DNA from: Eledone cirrhosa
Lineage: Eukaryota
DNA length: 64,000 bases
Assembly (NCBI GenBank): GCA_964016885.1
Contig: OZ024753.1
Coordinates: forward strand, 4,712,001-4,776,000
Direction: 5' to 3'
Within the stretch, counting starts at the first letter, position 1. The number at the start of each line of letters is the position of its first letter. A program made the position numbers and the translations under genes. The notes beneath the pieces were generated by a model that had not been told where the DNA came from, made no database searches, and saw only the letters and a list, made by a program, of their open reading frames with translations. Shown here piece by piece: positions 29,239 to 41,948 of this stretch.

Positions 29239-29717
29239 TGAATTTAAAAAAGATGCCTTAAAATTAGCCATCAAACTTCGCGTTACGTTTCATGACCTCG
29301 TGGATAACCAGGCAAATAGTGAACTGTCATTAGCTATTTAACATACTTTTAATGCTAGTATCGGACAACTTAGTCAAGCCATTAGGTTTAACTATATAGG
29401 AAACAAATATAAATTTATTGTTTGATATGATGGAATTATACCTATTCTTATAGAGAAATTACATGGTGATCAACATGTAATAGAAGATAATCTTTGTGTA
29501 TGAAGATGTGGTCCTTCAATGTGAATTGAAGGTCCAATTGGTGGGAAACATTCAGATTATTATATATATTTGGTTTGATGTCTAAAGTTATGCAGAACTT
29601 TTAAGAATAAAGACGATAATTATGATGAAGATTATGACCATATTGTGTATATAGAGTGTTTGTGAATGTGCACGGACGCGTACCTGTACAACCTCATGGG
29701 CGCCTGCGAATGTGTGA

Positions 29718-29761
<44 letters not shown>

Positions 29762-32045
29762 CTGTGAGTGTATGTCTGTTATTAAAAGTGTTTTGTGTAA
29801 TCACGTTCTCTATATATGTGCAAATTTATTTATACTGACCTAATTAAATTGTAACACAGGTCAACTGCACTAATTGTAAAAGAAAAGTTGTTGCTTTTAT
29901 TCTTTGTATTTTTAGAGCTTCGCTTTTTTTCTTTTAAAAATTTGAAATGCCTCTGCAGTTTCTCGAAAGGTTTCGCAAAAGAAAAGTATTTTAATAAGAA
30001 AATCAATTTCCGTTTTATCGACCTAACTTTAATGAAGAGATTTCATTGAATGTTGATTAAAAACGAAAGTAAAATAAAATACAAATTAGAAAACACCATA
30101 GTAAAGTTAAGATCTTACTAGACTTCGTGGCATATGATAAACTTCTTCATTATATTTTATCTCAAAATCGTATCAGAATTTTAACAACATTCTGAAATCC
30201 ACCATTAACTGATATTGAGCTGAGTGACGTATGTGAATTACGATTGCATTTTATGATGAGTGGGCGTGGTAATTGCCATTCCCGCCTTTCATTGATGCAG
30301 TCTTGAATACTGACATTAAATGATAATGCTGAATATATATAAAATGTAAGAAAATAATTACATGTGACTGTTTCACTGAAAATAATACCTACCAAACTAT
30401 TTATTAAACTCACGCCATAGTTACTCACCAATATGACGAGCCTAATATATTTCTTCAGTGGTAGAACTGCTGTATTTATGACAAAGTCATTTTTATTTGA
30501 AGGTATTCAAAATATTATTGAGGTCATGTATGTATGTATGTATGTCTTTTTGTTGCATTGGTTGTTTATTTAAGCTACATATTTTTGACAAAGCATGCGG
30601 TAAAAACCATGTAATACAGTGTAGGGAACTACGTTAATTCCACTTTGTTCTATTAAGATACTGAGTGAAATTGTTATTATATAAACTGAATTCACCTTTA
30701 GCTTGTAAATCGTTATAATCATTTGAATTAAACACATTTAATCACTAACAGAGTCACTAACACAGTCAAACCAGTGCAGATCCTACCCCTATATAAATCC
30801 AAGCCAAGATCATATATAACTTCCTCAAAATATATCCAAATAAATAAACTTCGAAAACTTGGTGTTTGTTTGAAGATATAAAGTTGTCCAAAATGTTTCT
30901 GTTTTCTTGATTGGGAGATGTCACTTTCATTTTGTTTTTGGAATAAATGGTAAGTCTCTGAAGTATTGTATGTATATATGGTAATTTAGGAATGCTACTC
31001 CATCTAACATTTTCTGCTTAGCTGTTGAGGGCTTTGCTTTCTTGATTTTTCTACTTCATAAGAGCATTCCTGTTTAAATCAAATATTTATATCTATCTTC
31101 TAGTCTTTGTGTGGGAGCTGGTTTGTTGAGATATTTACAAATAATCGAAAGCTTTTCTCTGGAATTAGTGTTTCTTTGTTATTTGGATTATTAATATTAG
31201 TGAGAGACATTAATGTTGTCAATATTTCTTCATAAGATATACAGTTGTCTTTCTCGAGACAGTTGGACATTATAATATCAATCTACTTTTAGCAGGTGTG
31301 TCGGTATTACAGATTGAGAGCTGAATTATTTTATGACCTCACAACAGTGAGAAAAGCGTATGTTATGACCTCACAACAGCGTAGCAAAGTTTGCTTTTTT
31401 GATACTAAATTATACTATAGAAAAACTTCTTTAGTTGTTACTCAGCTGTACATGTGTAATCGAAATAAAATTAGTTAACACACCAAAAGGTGTTTAACGT
31501 CTGTTCCAGTTTGTATATCCAATTTCATCATTAACAAAGAAAAACGTATCGATTGGATTGCAGCTCCAAACTTTGACGACTGAGAAATTGTATTTACATT
31601 GTATTAAAATCATATATTATTACTTGCTTTATTAGACGAAATGAACTGATTTCAATATTAATGAATCCTTGACTATTTGTGTGATTCAATTAATTATGGA
31701 CACGTTCATACTTTTTTGTCCATTATGCTATATTGTGTATAGGATACCTATACACAATTTCAGAGCTTTTATCATTGATGTAGCTAGGGTTAGATCTATC
31801 TGGGACTGCTAAATGTAATAATTAGTTGGAACAAGTATATAAACCATATCCTGAATGTCTCACTTTTAAGTTGATGTTTAGAAAATTACTTATCAAAGTT
31901 TCTTATATAAAATGATGATAAAAAGTTTTAATATATAAACACGTTTTCAATCAGCACTGATACTGCAAATTAATTACAATTAATATACAATTAATATATA
32001 TATATTAATTCAAAATATTAACAAAATAGATATTCTTGTGATAAA

Positions 32046-32107
32046 TATTATACATATTTCAGAGGTACTGAGTTAAGTTCAACAGTACGCCCTCATCAGA
32101 TAAAATA
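32046..32107 (-). ncRNA. Hammerhead ribozyme, inverted twin with shortened stem I
   Basis: Same core as 32204-32270; a small deletion after the cleavage site leaves 3 bp of stem I. Confidence 0.6.
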
Positions 32108-32203
32108 AGATGATGCATGACATACCCTGACATAGTAGCTGGTTAAGATTTAGTCATGGCTGAATCTTAACCATCTACTGTCAGGGTATGTCATGCATCA
32201 TCT

Positions 32204-32270
32204 TATTTTATCTGATGAGGGCGTACTGTTGAACTTAACTCAGTACCTCTGAAATATGTATAATAAAATA
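32204..32270 (+). ncRNA. Minimal type I hammerhead ribozyme
   Basis: UAUUUUAU CUGAUGA [GGGCGUACUG...CAGUACCUCU] GAAA UAUGUA UA^ AUAAAAUA; perfect 8-bp stem I. Confidence 0.88.
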
Positions 32271-32483
32271 TACTTTATCACAAGAATATCTATGTTATTA
32301 ATATTTTGAATTAATATTAATAACTCTGGAAAACCATAATTGTTGAGTGCTTCCAATCTATTGTAAAACTCATTCTTTGATTTATTCATTGAACCTTGTT
32401 TAACTTTTAAATATATTTTTATATATATATATATATACATGCATATAACTATATACATAATCATTAAATTACTAATGGTAGAT

Positions 32484-32575
32484 TTCTGTATTAATGTGTC
32501 AAGTAATTTAATGATTATGTATATACAAACATATATACATAATCATTAAATTACTTGACACATTAATACAGAAAC
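32484..32575. repeat. Palindrome with ~43-bp arms
   Basis: TTTCTGTATTAATGTGTCAAGTAATTTAATGATTATGTATATA and its reverse complement around CAAACA. Confidence 0.9.
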
Positions 32576-34679
32576 ATGGAAGTAAACAGTGGTGGATCAC
32601 AACTGAAAACGAACCTATAGTTATTTAGTGTAGACGTTCCTATTTTGTTTCATAGTGTAAATAGATGTTACATACGTAAAAACCTATGGAATTTCATGTT
32701 GTGTTTCCTAGTACAATCAATATGCACACATGTAAATAAGAAGGTATTTTTGAATGTGGTAAGAGGCTATATTTGCTAATACTCTCTCCTAATGGGAGTC
32801 AACAACAGCCTTATAAATATATGTTTTTCGATACTTTGTATGTACATATATTTGTATAAATATATATGGAGGTCAAGAGAGTGAATGTGAAAAAGATGTT
32901 TAATATATAAATATATACGTGATTGAGTATGTATTGTAATCAGATAAATTAATCATACTTGTGCGGATATTGTTCTTTGTGTGTGTGAATACTTAGTATT
33001 TCAAAAGCTATAATTTGTTGTTTCAAGAATGCTGATTTATTGTACTCAAGAGAATCTTTATAAGTTGGAAATAAATACAAAAATTGGTTGTATATACAAC
33101 TAATATTATATTAATTATTTCTCCTGTTTGAGAGTAATGTTATTTTAATAATGGTGTCATATGATCACTGAAAAATACATAATTGTTCTATAGTACATCT
33201 TGCTAAAAGCCGCTGAATTAATATTAATTGCTACCGAGTCGAATACTGATACTCATTCTTGTTTATAATCACGCCTTTCACGATCATATAAAATATTTGA
33301 TTTTTTTCTGTCGTAATTTTTATCCCAGTAAAAGTGAGGAAGTTGACGACTTGGCTGAGTTGTTAGAACGTCGGACAAAATGCTCTCTGCACTCTGAGTT
33401 CAATTCCTGTAGATGTAAACTTGTCCTTTTATCCAGTCGTGATTGATAAAAGAAGTACCAATCCAGGGCTGGGGACGATTTCTCCTCTATATATGTTCCT
33501 GGAAAGGGGATGGGTCCGCCATAGGTTAAATGCCCACAACACACCGTATATCTCTGTAGTACAACTCCATCGAGAGTTACGTGTCCATGCATTAAATACA
33601 AATATGAGACAAAGCACTATGAGATGTTCTACGTGGTCGCTAAATCTCCTTCATAACCCATTCAATTCTTCTTAAACAAAGAAGGACACATTTTTATGTC
33701 ATCTTACATATAGAGAAATATGATAATGTCGTGGCTAAAAAATATTAAAACCCTCGGAGTTGAATTGACCCCATGCAAAGCCTTTCCTCACTTAGAAAAA
33801 AAAGCTTCAAGCATAGGCATCGCTGGATATGTAAAAGGCCACGTCCTTGATGCTCATGCTTAAGTATCAAGCGATGGCATTACTCGAAATCGATTTGCAG
33901 CTATTATGTATTTATATATAATATATATCTAAAAGATGAACTAATTAAGAATCTATCTTTCAGTATTCAAACCACACACTCACACATACACCCATATATA
34001 TATATATATGTATGTCATTTGCATTTTCTGCCTTGTGCTGCGTCTTATACAATTTGAATCAGCATTTATCATGACATTTATTGTGCCTCCCCCACTCCCA
34101 GCATGATTTATGATGAAAGAAGCATATTTGGAATTCACGTTCGATATATGGATATGAAAACAATAATATAATAAGATTAAAGGCGTAACAGCAAATACTA
34201 CCATCACAGAATAACTATGATTTGTTAAAGAGTATTATCTCCAGAAATAAGTATCTTCACTGATATCTACCACATAGTGCCTTATAGATACAATAGTTAT
34301 GTATTTATAAGTATACTGCTTGCTCTCTGTAAACTATTTTATCACAATGTCGAAATTAATTACAAATCGTATCTGTGTCGGCAGGAATAAGTATTTGATT
34401 TATTCTGTTATCATTCCATTCCTTAGAGACCTTATATACGTTCTGAGGTTTTCTTTAATGATAACCTTGTATTGATTTTCGAGAGTAAACACATATTTTC
34501 GATATTTACAAGTCAGATATTTTCGTTGTTTTGCCCGACACCCCCAAACCAATGAAATCTTTTTGAATATTAATTTAGCGACTGAGATTTAACGTTGCAA
34601 TGCTAACGTTCATATTATCATTGTGTCCAGTTTTTTAGATGATACTAGATATACAAATATTACATATTATGATATACAA

Positions 34680-35230
34680 AATCTGTTTCCCGTTAGACAG
34701 AAATCCTGCCTCTGAAGAAGGCCTAACATGAGATCACCTTAATGTTATAGACTGTAAAATATATCTAGTTTATTTTGATACAGTAACATACATTTAATTC
34801 CCAGATTATGTCTTCCAGTATGGACTAGATAACAGATCATTGTAGGATATTGAAAACATTATTTATGTGTAATACATAGCCATTCATTCGATTAATATTT
34901 GTCGAATTGTTTTCTGTTAGACAGAAAGACTACCTTCTGAAGAAGGCATATATAAAGATAATCTTAATGTTATGGCTCGTAGATCATATCCAGAGAATGT
35001 TTGATATAATAAAGTTTTTTTAATAAATAAGAATTGGTATTTCATGATGATGCATTCGATGAATATTTGTCGATTTGTTGTCTGTTAGACAGAAAGACTA
35101 CTTTCTGAAGAAGGCCTAATTCAAGATCATCCTAAATTATATCCATGGAATGTTTGCTATAAGAGAGGTTTTTTGATAAATAAGAATTGGTACTTCATAA
35201 TTATACATTCGATTAATATTTGTCTACTTG
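34680..35230 (+). repeat. Three diverged tandem units (~170-225 bp) with degenerate hammerhead cores
   Basis: GTTAGACAGAAA...CTGAAGAAGGC recurs at ~34692, ~34916 and ~35085; stem II remnant TAACAT/ATGTTA; GAAA mutated. Confidence 0.6.
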
Positions 35231-35603
35231 TATTAAATATCCTTCCTGTCATCTTATAGTAAATATACTGTAAATGATTATTATGATTAAAAACTTTCTA
35301 TGAGAAATTAAATGTTTTCCTTTTTCTATTCGGAACATACAATTAATTTGTAGATTAATTCATCTCATATGAACTTAGATAAGATATCATTCTAAAACAC
35401 TGTTTCGACAATGCGCATTCTATTACTTGATAGGTCGAACGACGAATTGTCAAACTTCCATTCAAATAGCTGGTTATAGCATAGACACGTGTGCCATTAA
35501 CATATATCTCTAGCTGTATCACCGTGGCAGAGTGAGTAACAAGAACCTTTGAATTACGGGTACAATTCATCCAACAGTTTTCCACATTGTTTTTTACCAG
35601 TTT

Positions 35604-35739
35604 TATATATACACACAAGACTGAGGTTAACCCTAAGCAAGCGTAAAGATACTTAACCAATATGGTATGCAGTTCTATATATACACACAAGACTGAGGTT
35701 AACCCTAAGTAAGCGTAAAGATACTTAACCAATATGGTA
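35604..35739. repeat. Tandem duplication, ~64-bp match with 72-bp period
   Basis: TATATATACACACAAGACTGAGGTTAACCCTAAG...CCAATATGGTA twice. Confidence 0.9.
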
Positions 35740-37142
35740 ACTGCAAAGTAAACTTTATAACAACATATCTGTGTCTTCGAACTTTGTAACAACACAACCA
35801 TAGCTGCGTCCGTGAAGAGCAGATCAGAGAAACATGTCATAAAACTTTAATATTCAAAACTAAACGCTCACAATATATAGCGGCATTCGACCTGGAATTC
35901 GTAGTAGTTGTAGAAACGTATCTCCCTGGCATATTATAAATTCCTACTCGTACATTCAAGAAAGTATCTGGAAAGTATTCCGCCAGCTTTAAAGGGAGCT
36001 ACCCAGTGTTGTCATCTGAATCATGTAGACATCAGTCATATTTCAAATGAATCATTCGATCGATTGACTTAGCAATCACTAATCAAAAATTCAATATATC
36101 ACGAATGTCTTATTATTTTTAGTGTGGAATTGTATTAAAGCTTAGCTCACCGGTAGTTTCTAATCCACATTTCATTATGTTGAACTTATAAAAGATTGAA
36201 TTAATTAGAAAAGAATAATTCTAAGATCAAGTAAACGGATTAAGATCAAAAAGACGATGAGACACAGAGAAGAAGAACGAATGTCATTGAGGAGGTCACA
36301 GAAAGTATGACGAAAGAGCTTTGATGAACTAACTGATAGCTAATAATAAAGCTGAAGTGAAAATCAGATATTGAGTGTGTGTTTTTATTGGCAAAATTGG
36401 CAAAATGACCATTCTCAAATATAATAAACCCAATGTAATCATTTATTCATTGAACGCACCAGAATAAGTTATTTAACCTAAATTTAAAATTCTCAAGACG
36501 ATTACGAATATATTTGTGCAGTACAATAGCCACATTCGAATATTACAACTAAAATATCAAAAACTTAATTTCAAAGATAAAATAGTGAGTGTCAATGCAA
36601 TATTCTTTCAAGGTCACAGATGTGTAAATTCTTCTAACGCTTCTGGTCTAATTATATTTCGAAGAATTCAACATTAACACTAATTGTGAGAAAATTGATT
36701 GAAATTTCGAAGGAAAATAAGTAAATTAACTCGTAATTAATTGGAGTAGTATGAATTTAAATTTCCTGAAATAATTACAAAAGAATAAATTGAATTAAAA
36801 CCTCAAAACCAAACAAATTCGTAATTTATTTAAAGCTGTTAATGTCATAAAATTTCAATGCAGAAAATATTGGAACAAATATATAGTTGAGTAGGAAAAT
36901 ATAACAAAATAAATATAAGGTGTTTCAGAAATAAACTCTATTTTTCTATGCTGTAATTATATATTTAATACAGATTTCCTATTTTTTCCTATTTCCTTCC
37001 TAATATATTTCTGTAGACATTATTAAAACATTAAAAACGCTTTTTTACAGAAATGTTCAAGCTACTGTTTGAAAATATATTTTACAATAGACATTTCTGA
37101 AAAACATAATATATTATTTACAACGACTATCGTCATTAGTTA

Positions 37143-37173
<31 letters not shown>

Positions 37174-37355
37174 CTTCTTCTTCTTCTTCTTCTTCTTGTC
37201 CGTATGCACCACGCACTCGTTAAGCTCCTATATGGGAAGGTTCAGCGCAGAAAAAGTGCGATTCCGATGGTGTCTGCAAGCCATGATGATCTCAGACTTG
37301 AGGTTAACCAAATTATGTTTTAACTTTACTATTTCCATATATATATAAATGGTCA

Positions 37356-37437
<82 letters not shown>

Positions 37438-39531
37438 GGTCATCTGATAGATTTTTTTTAATTATATTTACGGCAGGAAAGGTGTAAATTTATAGACTGT
37501 TTACAATCAGACAGCAGTGTGAATAGCCTTAGTTGCATCGAACTCTTCTCTCAATGTTGCCTTAAAAGAAAGAGAATTTTCTAATTCTTGTAATGGAATA
37601 TAAGACATATTATAACGGGAAGAAGAATATGATGATGATATTCCTGTACTGTAATTCTACTTGGATCCTTTAAGTTTGATGTTAGCTTTCAGCTTTCTGT
37701 CGTTAAAACAATATCAGCGATATCATTTCCAGAAATTATTGAGCACATTTCTATTTTGTTTGTAGTAGAGGACAGCTAGTATTAAACTGTGTGTCCAAAC
37801 ACATAAAGAAATACATTTAATACTGAATTGCATGAATTATTTATCAATTAATTAATACAATTGGCCATTTCAAAATATCTAGAAATAAATAGCTAAATCA
37901 TCAGAGGAGAACATAGCTTACATTAACACATAAATGGAATACAGGGTAATCTGTGTAATAAGGAAATATTAAAGTGCTTCTATTATGTTGCTAATAAAAT
38001 ATATAAAATAGCAATAATAATGACACAATTTGATGCTTTGTGATCTTTGTTCCAGAATAGATTAAACATGGCTGCTCATAGCTCGAAACATGCTGCTTAT
38101 CTAACATCAAATGATACTTTCGCTGGTGGTGTTGTATAATGCTGTTAATAAATTAAGGTTATAATATACATTATTATATGTGAATTTTGAAATGATATGT
38201 CTAAACTAATGACACATGATATGTCTTACTTCATAGGATTATATATGAATTATTTCAGAATGAATATTACTCAAGTAATACTTTCAGCATGAAATCTCAA
38301 GAAATGATATATTTTGAAAAGGACGATACAATTTAAGATAATCAGTGGGATTTATAAATCAAAACTGGAATTCATAAAATATTGCTAGGGATACCAGATG
38401 TACGCAGATACATAGTCATCTGACACAGGAAGTCAATGATTTGTTGCATACTAGCCATCACACATAACATAATCAGAATAAGATAAATTACTCCGGCTAT
38501 TCTGTGGTGGATAAGTCTCAAATGATCCGATATCTCTTCTCGACAGCTAGCTAGACAGAAATAATAGATAATAAAGTGAAAAAAGGAAACGCCAGCTGTT
38601 CATACTTTACAACCCTTGAGCAAATGAATATATATATATATATATACCTTCTAGCTATCCCACCTCTCCCCTGACAGTTTGTTTTCAACAATTACTTGTG
38701 AAGTGAAAAATTAATTTGAATCTTATAAAAATCGAGCAATAAATGAAGCATGAACCCTGAAAGGAAGACAGTGCTCTATAATCAGATATTTCATTAGCTT
38801 GCAGCGTGAATGATGCACTCAAGATTACTATCATATTCACAATAGTGTTATACAGGGATCAGAAGGACAACAATCAATTAGAAGTACATTACACACACAC
38901 GCGCACATACAAACTCGCGCGCACCCAGAAACACACACATGCACCCAAACATACACAAACACACACACAAACTCACACACAGATACACACACACAACCAA
39001 CATTCTCTAATCAAATTATATATTCCCTAAATGGAACTACATATATTAGATACAATTAATCCGAATTTAGACACTCTAAAACCGTTGAAATGTAACTAAT
39101 TGTACATTGTCATTGTGGAATCACGTGCTTCCGATAGGTTCAGTATCATAAAATTTCATGTGAACCAATACATTTACAGAATTTTCACATATTCGTTGTT
39201 TTCCGTTTGTCAAACAAAGCACTTCACAGTCGTCTTCATGCTGTTAAACTGTTCTACTCAAAACATTTACAGCATTTCTAGTCCTTTATGTTATATTAAC
39301 AATGAATATGAGGACAGTTCTAAAACAAAATTTGAAATTGAAATAACAAAGTAAAATCTCAAAGTTACCGAATGTTTCTGCACTCTAGTGAATCATTGTT
39401 CTTAGAATCAAAGACATTATATTCCTCAGAATTTTTCTCAAGACTGAGTGTTATTGTTTTCTTTGATATGCACAATTATTGACATTCCCCCATCAACACC
39501 ATTACACGCACACATATATATGAATATATAC

Positions 39532-39678
<147 letters not shown>

Positions 39679-39840
39679 GTGAGTGTGTGTGTCTTTATAT
39701 ATAGTTGTAAATATATATATTCAACTTTTTTAAAAATGATGTATATTATCCATATATCATTAGAGAATCATATAGTATTTTGTAGGTATATGTATATAAA
39801 ATTATAACATATTTAGGAAACATTATATATCTTAAGGTCG

Positions 39841-40020
39841 GGGGATTGGCAGTATCGGTAGAGAGTCGGACGCCATGCTTTCCAGCATAGTTACGTCCCT
39901 TTACGGTCTGAGTTCAAATCCCGCCGAGGTTTACTTTGCCTTTCATCCTTACGGGGTCGATAAAATAAAGTACCAGTAATGCACTGGGTAATTGCTGGCC
40001 TTGTGCCTAAAGTAGAAACA
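39841..40020 (+). mobile_element. Young tRNA-derived SINE (family A, Deu/Nin-like core) with 19-bp TSD
   Basis: A box TGGCAGTATCGG, B box GAGTTCAAATCC, core GCCTTTCATCCTTACGGGGTCGATAAAAT; TSD ATTATATATCTTAAGGTCG at 39822-39840 and 40021-40039. Confidence 0.92.
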
Positions 40021-40679
40021 ATTATATATCTTAAGGTCGAAAAATTAATATATTCCTTACATCGCTATTTCACAGTTCCAAAATCCGAACTAAAAATCGA
40101 TCTAAATAATCGATAATCGGTTATCGATTACCAACTATCGATTTTGTTATAGCACCGAGAGACGTAGAACTAATCGTCAGAGAAAAAACATTTTATAAGA
40201 TTTAATAAAATATAAAATACCATGTTCCAAGATGTAGTCAATCCTGAACCTCGTGATTTGAATTTTTTTTTTTTAATAGTAAAGGCAGATATAAATAGGA
40301 CTGGACGTCACCTCCACTAGAAAGATGTTCAATGTACCAGTCATAGCACAAAAGCTGTCAACATATGAACAACGGGAAAAATACAAAACCCGGAAAATTT
40401 TTCCAACAAAACGAACTCTGTACTTAAGATGGATTATGTATATACATCTCTGCTAAAGGTAATGTCAATATTTCAGTCACAATATTCACCACAACCTCTT
40501 TATCCCTCCGAGGAGAATGAATATGACTATATAGCTATATATCTAAATTTAACAGCATTTCAAATGATTGGAAGTCATATTTCATTCGAAACATATGTAA
40601 GGGGATAAATATAGTTTTTTGAGGAAAGAAGTAAAATTGTTTCCTTTGAGAATTGTTAGCATAATTCTAACTATATGTA

Positions 40680-40732
<53 letters not shown>

Positions 40733-40770
40733 GTTTACTCTTTTACCTCTTCTAGTCTGAGGCCATGCTG

Positions 40771-40827
<57 letters not shown>

Positions 40828-40955
40828 AAAGTTTTATTTAAAATTGTTGGGTTACAACAAGTAAATATTTTATAACTGATGTAAAGCACTCGACAAGTTT
40901 TTGGAGTAGATATACAATATTAAACAAATGGAAACTATATTTATAAAACCATATT

Positions 40956-41021
40956 TATTTCATTATACATATTTCAGGGATACCATATCAAAAATATGGC
41001 ATGCCTTCGTCAGATAAAATA
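40956..41021 (-). ncRNA. Hammerhead ribozyme in left inverted pLTR
   Basis: Reverse complement of 45514-45579. Confidence 0.88.
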
Positions 41022-41746
41022 CAATATATAAACAGTTTTATAAATAATTTTGACGTACCATATTATAAGCGACCATTAAATTAGGAAGATGTCTGGGTAG
41101 TGATTTGTTTATAATTATTTAGTTATAGTGTTAAGCACAGTTAGAAAAATGACGGAGAGAAAGAAGAAACGGAGGTAAAGAAAAAATAGAGAGAGAGATG
41201 GGAGAGAAAGAAAAGGAGAGAGAGAAAAAATAGATAGGAGGAGGTGAGAAAAAGAAACAAGAAAGAAATAAGAGAGGCAAATGAAAGCAACAGATAAATA
41301 ATAATTCATCATACATATAAAAAGAAACTCAAGAGAGAGGGAGTACTATATAGAGAGAGAAGGATAATAATTATTTAGTTATAGTGTTAAGCACAGTTAG
41401 AAAAAAGATGGAGAGAAAGAAAAAATGGAGATAAAGAAAAAACGGAGAGAGAGAGGGGGGGAGAAAAGAAAGAGAGAGAAAAAATATAAATATATAGGAG
41501 GAACTGAAAAAGAAACAAGAGAGAAATAAGAGAGGCAAACGAAAGCGACAGATACATAATAATTCATCATACATAAAGATAAACTCAAGAGAGAGGAAAA
41601 AGTGCTATATAGAGAGAGAAGGATACAGTTACATCTTTACGTCATGTCATATCAATTTGAATTATCAATTCATATGAAATGGATAATAAGAATGCAAATA
41701 TCAATATTCATGAATGAGACATAGATATATAGTATGAGAAAATAAC

Positions 41747-41797
41747 CGTTTCTACTTTAGGCACAAGGCCAGCAATTACCCAGTGCATTACTGGTAC
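41747..41797 (-). mobile_element. 51-bp 3' fragment of SINE family A nested in the left pLTR, 19-bp TSD
   Basis: Matches 39970-40019; TSD TATAGTATGAGAAAATAAC at 41728-41746 and 41798-41816; absent from the right pLTR. Confidence 0.92.
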
Positions 41798-41948
41798 TAT
41801 AGTATGAGAAAATAACATTGTTCAATAATGACCATATGTTTAGTTTAAAACTCTGAGGTCAATAACCAAAATCTGAGATAAATCCTTTAAAAAAATTACC
41901 CTATTTATAGAAATACGGAAATATATATGTATATATATATACACGTAT

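Larger units (their letters stand above)
32002..32420. mobile_element. Fold-back PLE pLTR remnant (inverted arms 32002-32317, tail to ~32420)
   Basis: ~150-bp inverted arms, each with a hammerhead; TA tracts at both ends. Confidence 0.85.

Noticed and set aside
37860-37910. Minus-strand CTGATGA...GAAA candidate
   Set aside because: Stem geometry incompatible with a hammerhead
39841-39930. tRNA gene
   Set aside because: A and B boxes belong to a SINE head; no cloverleaf, and a TSD is present
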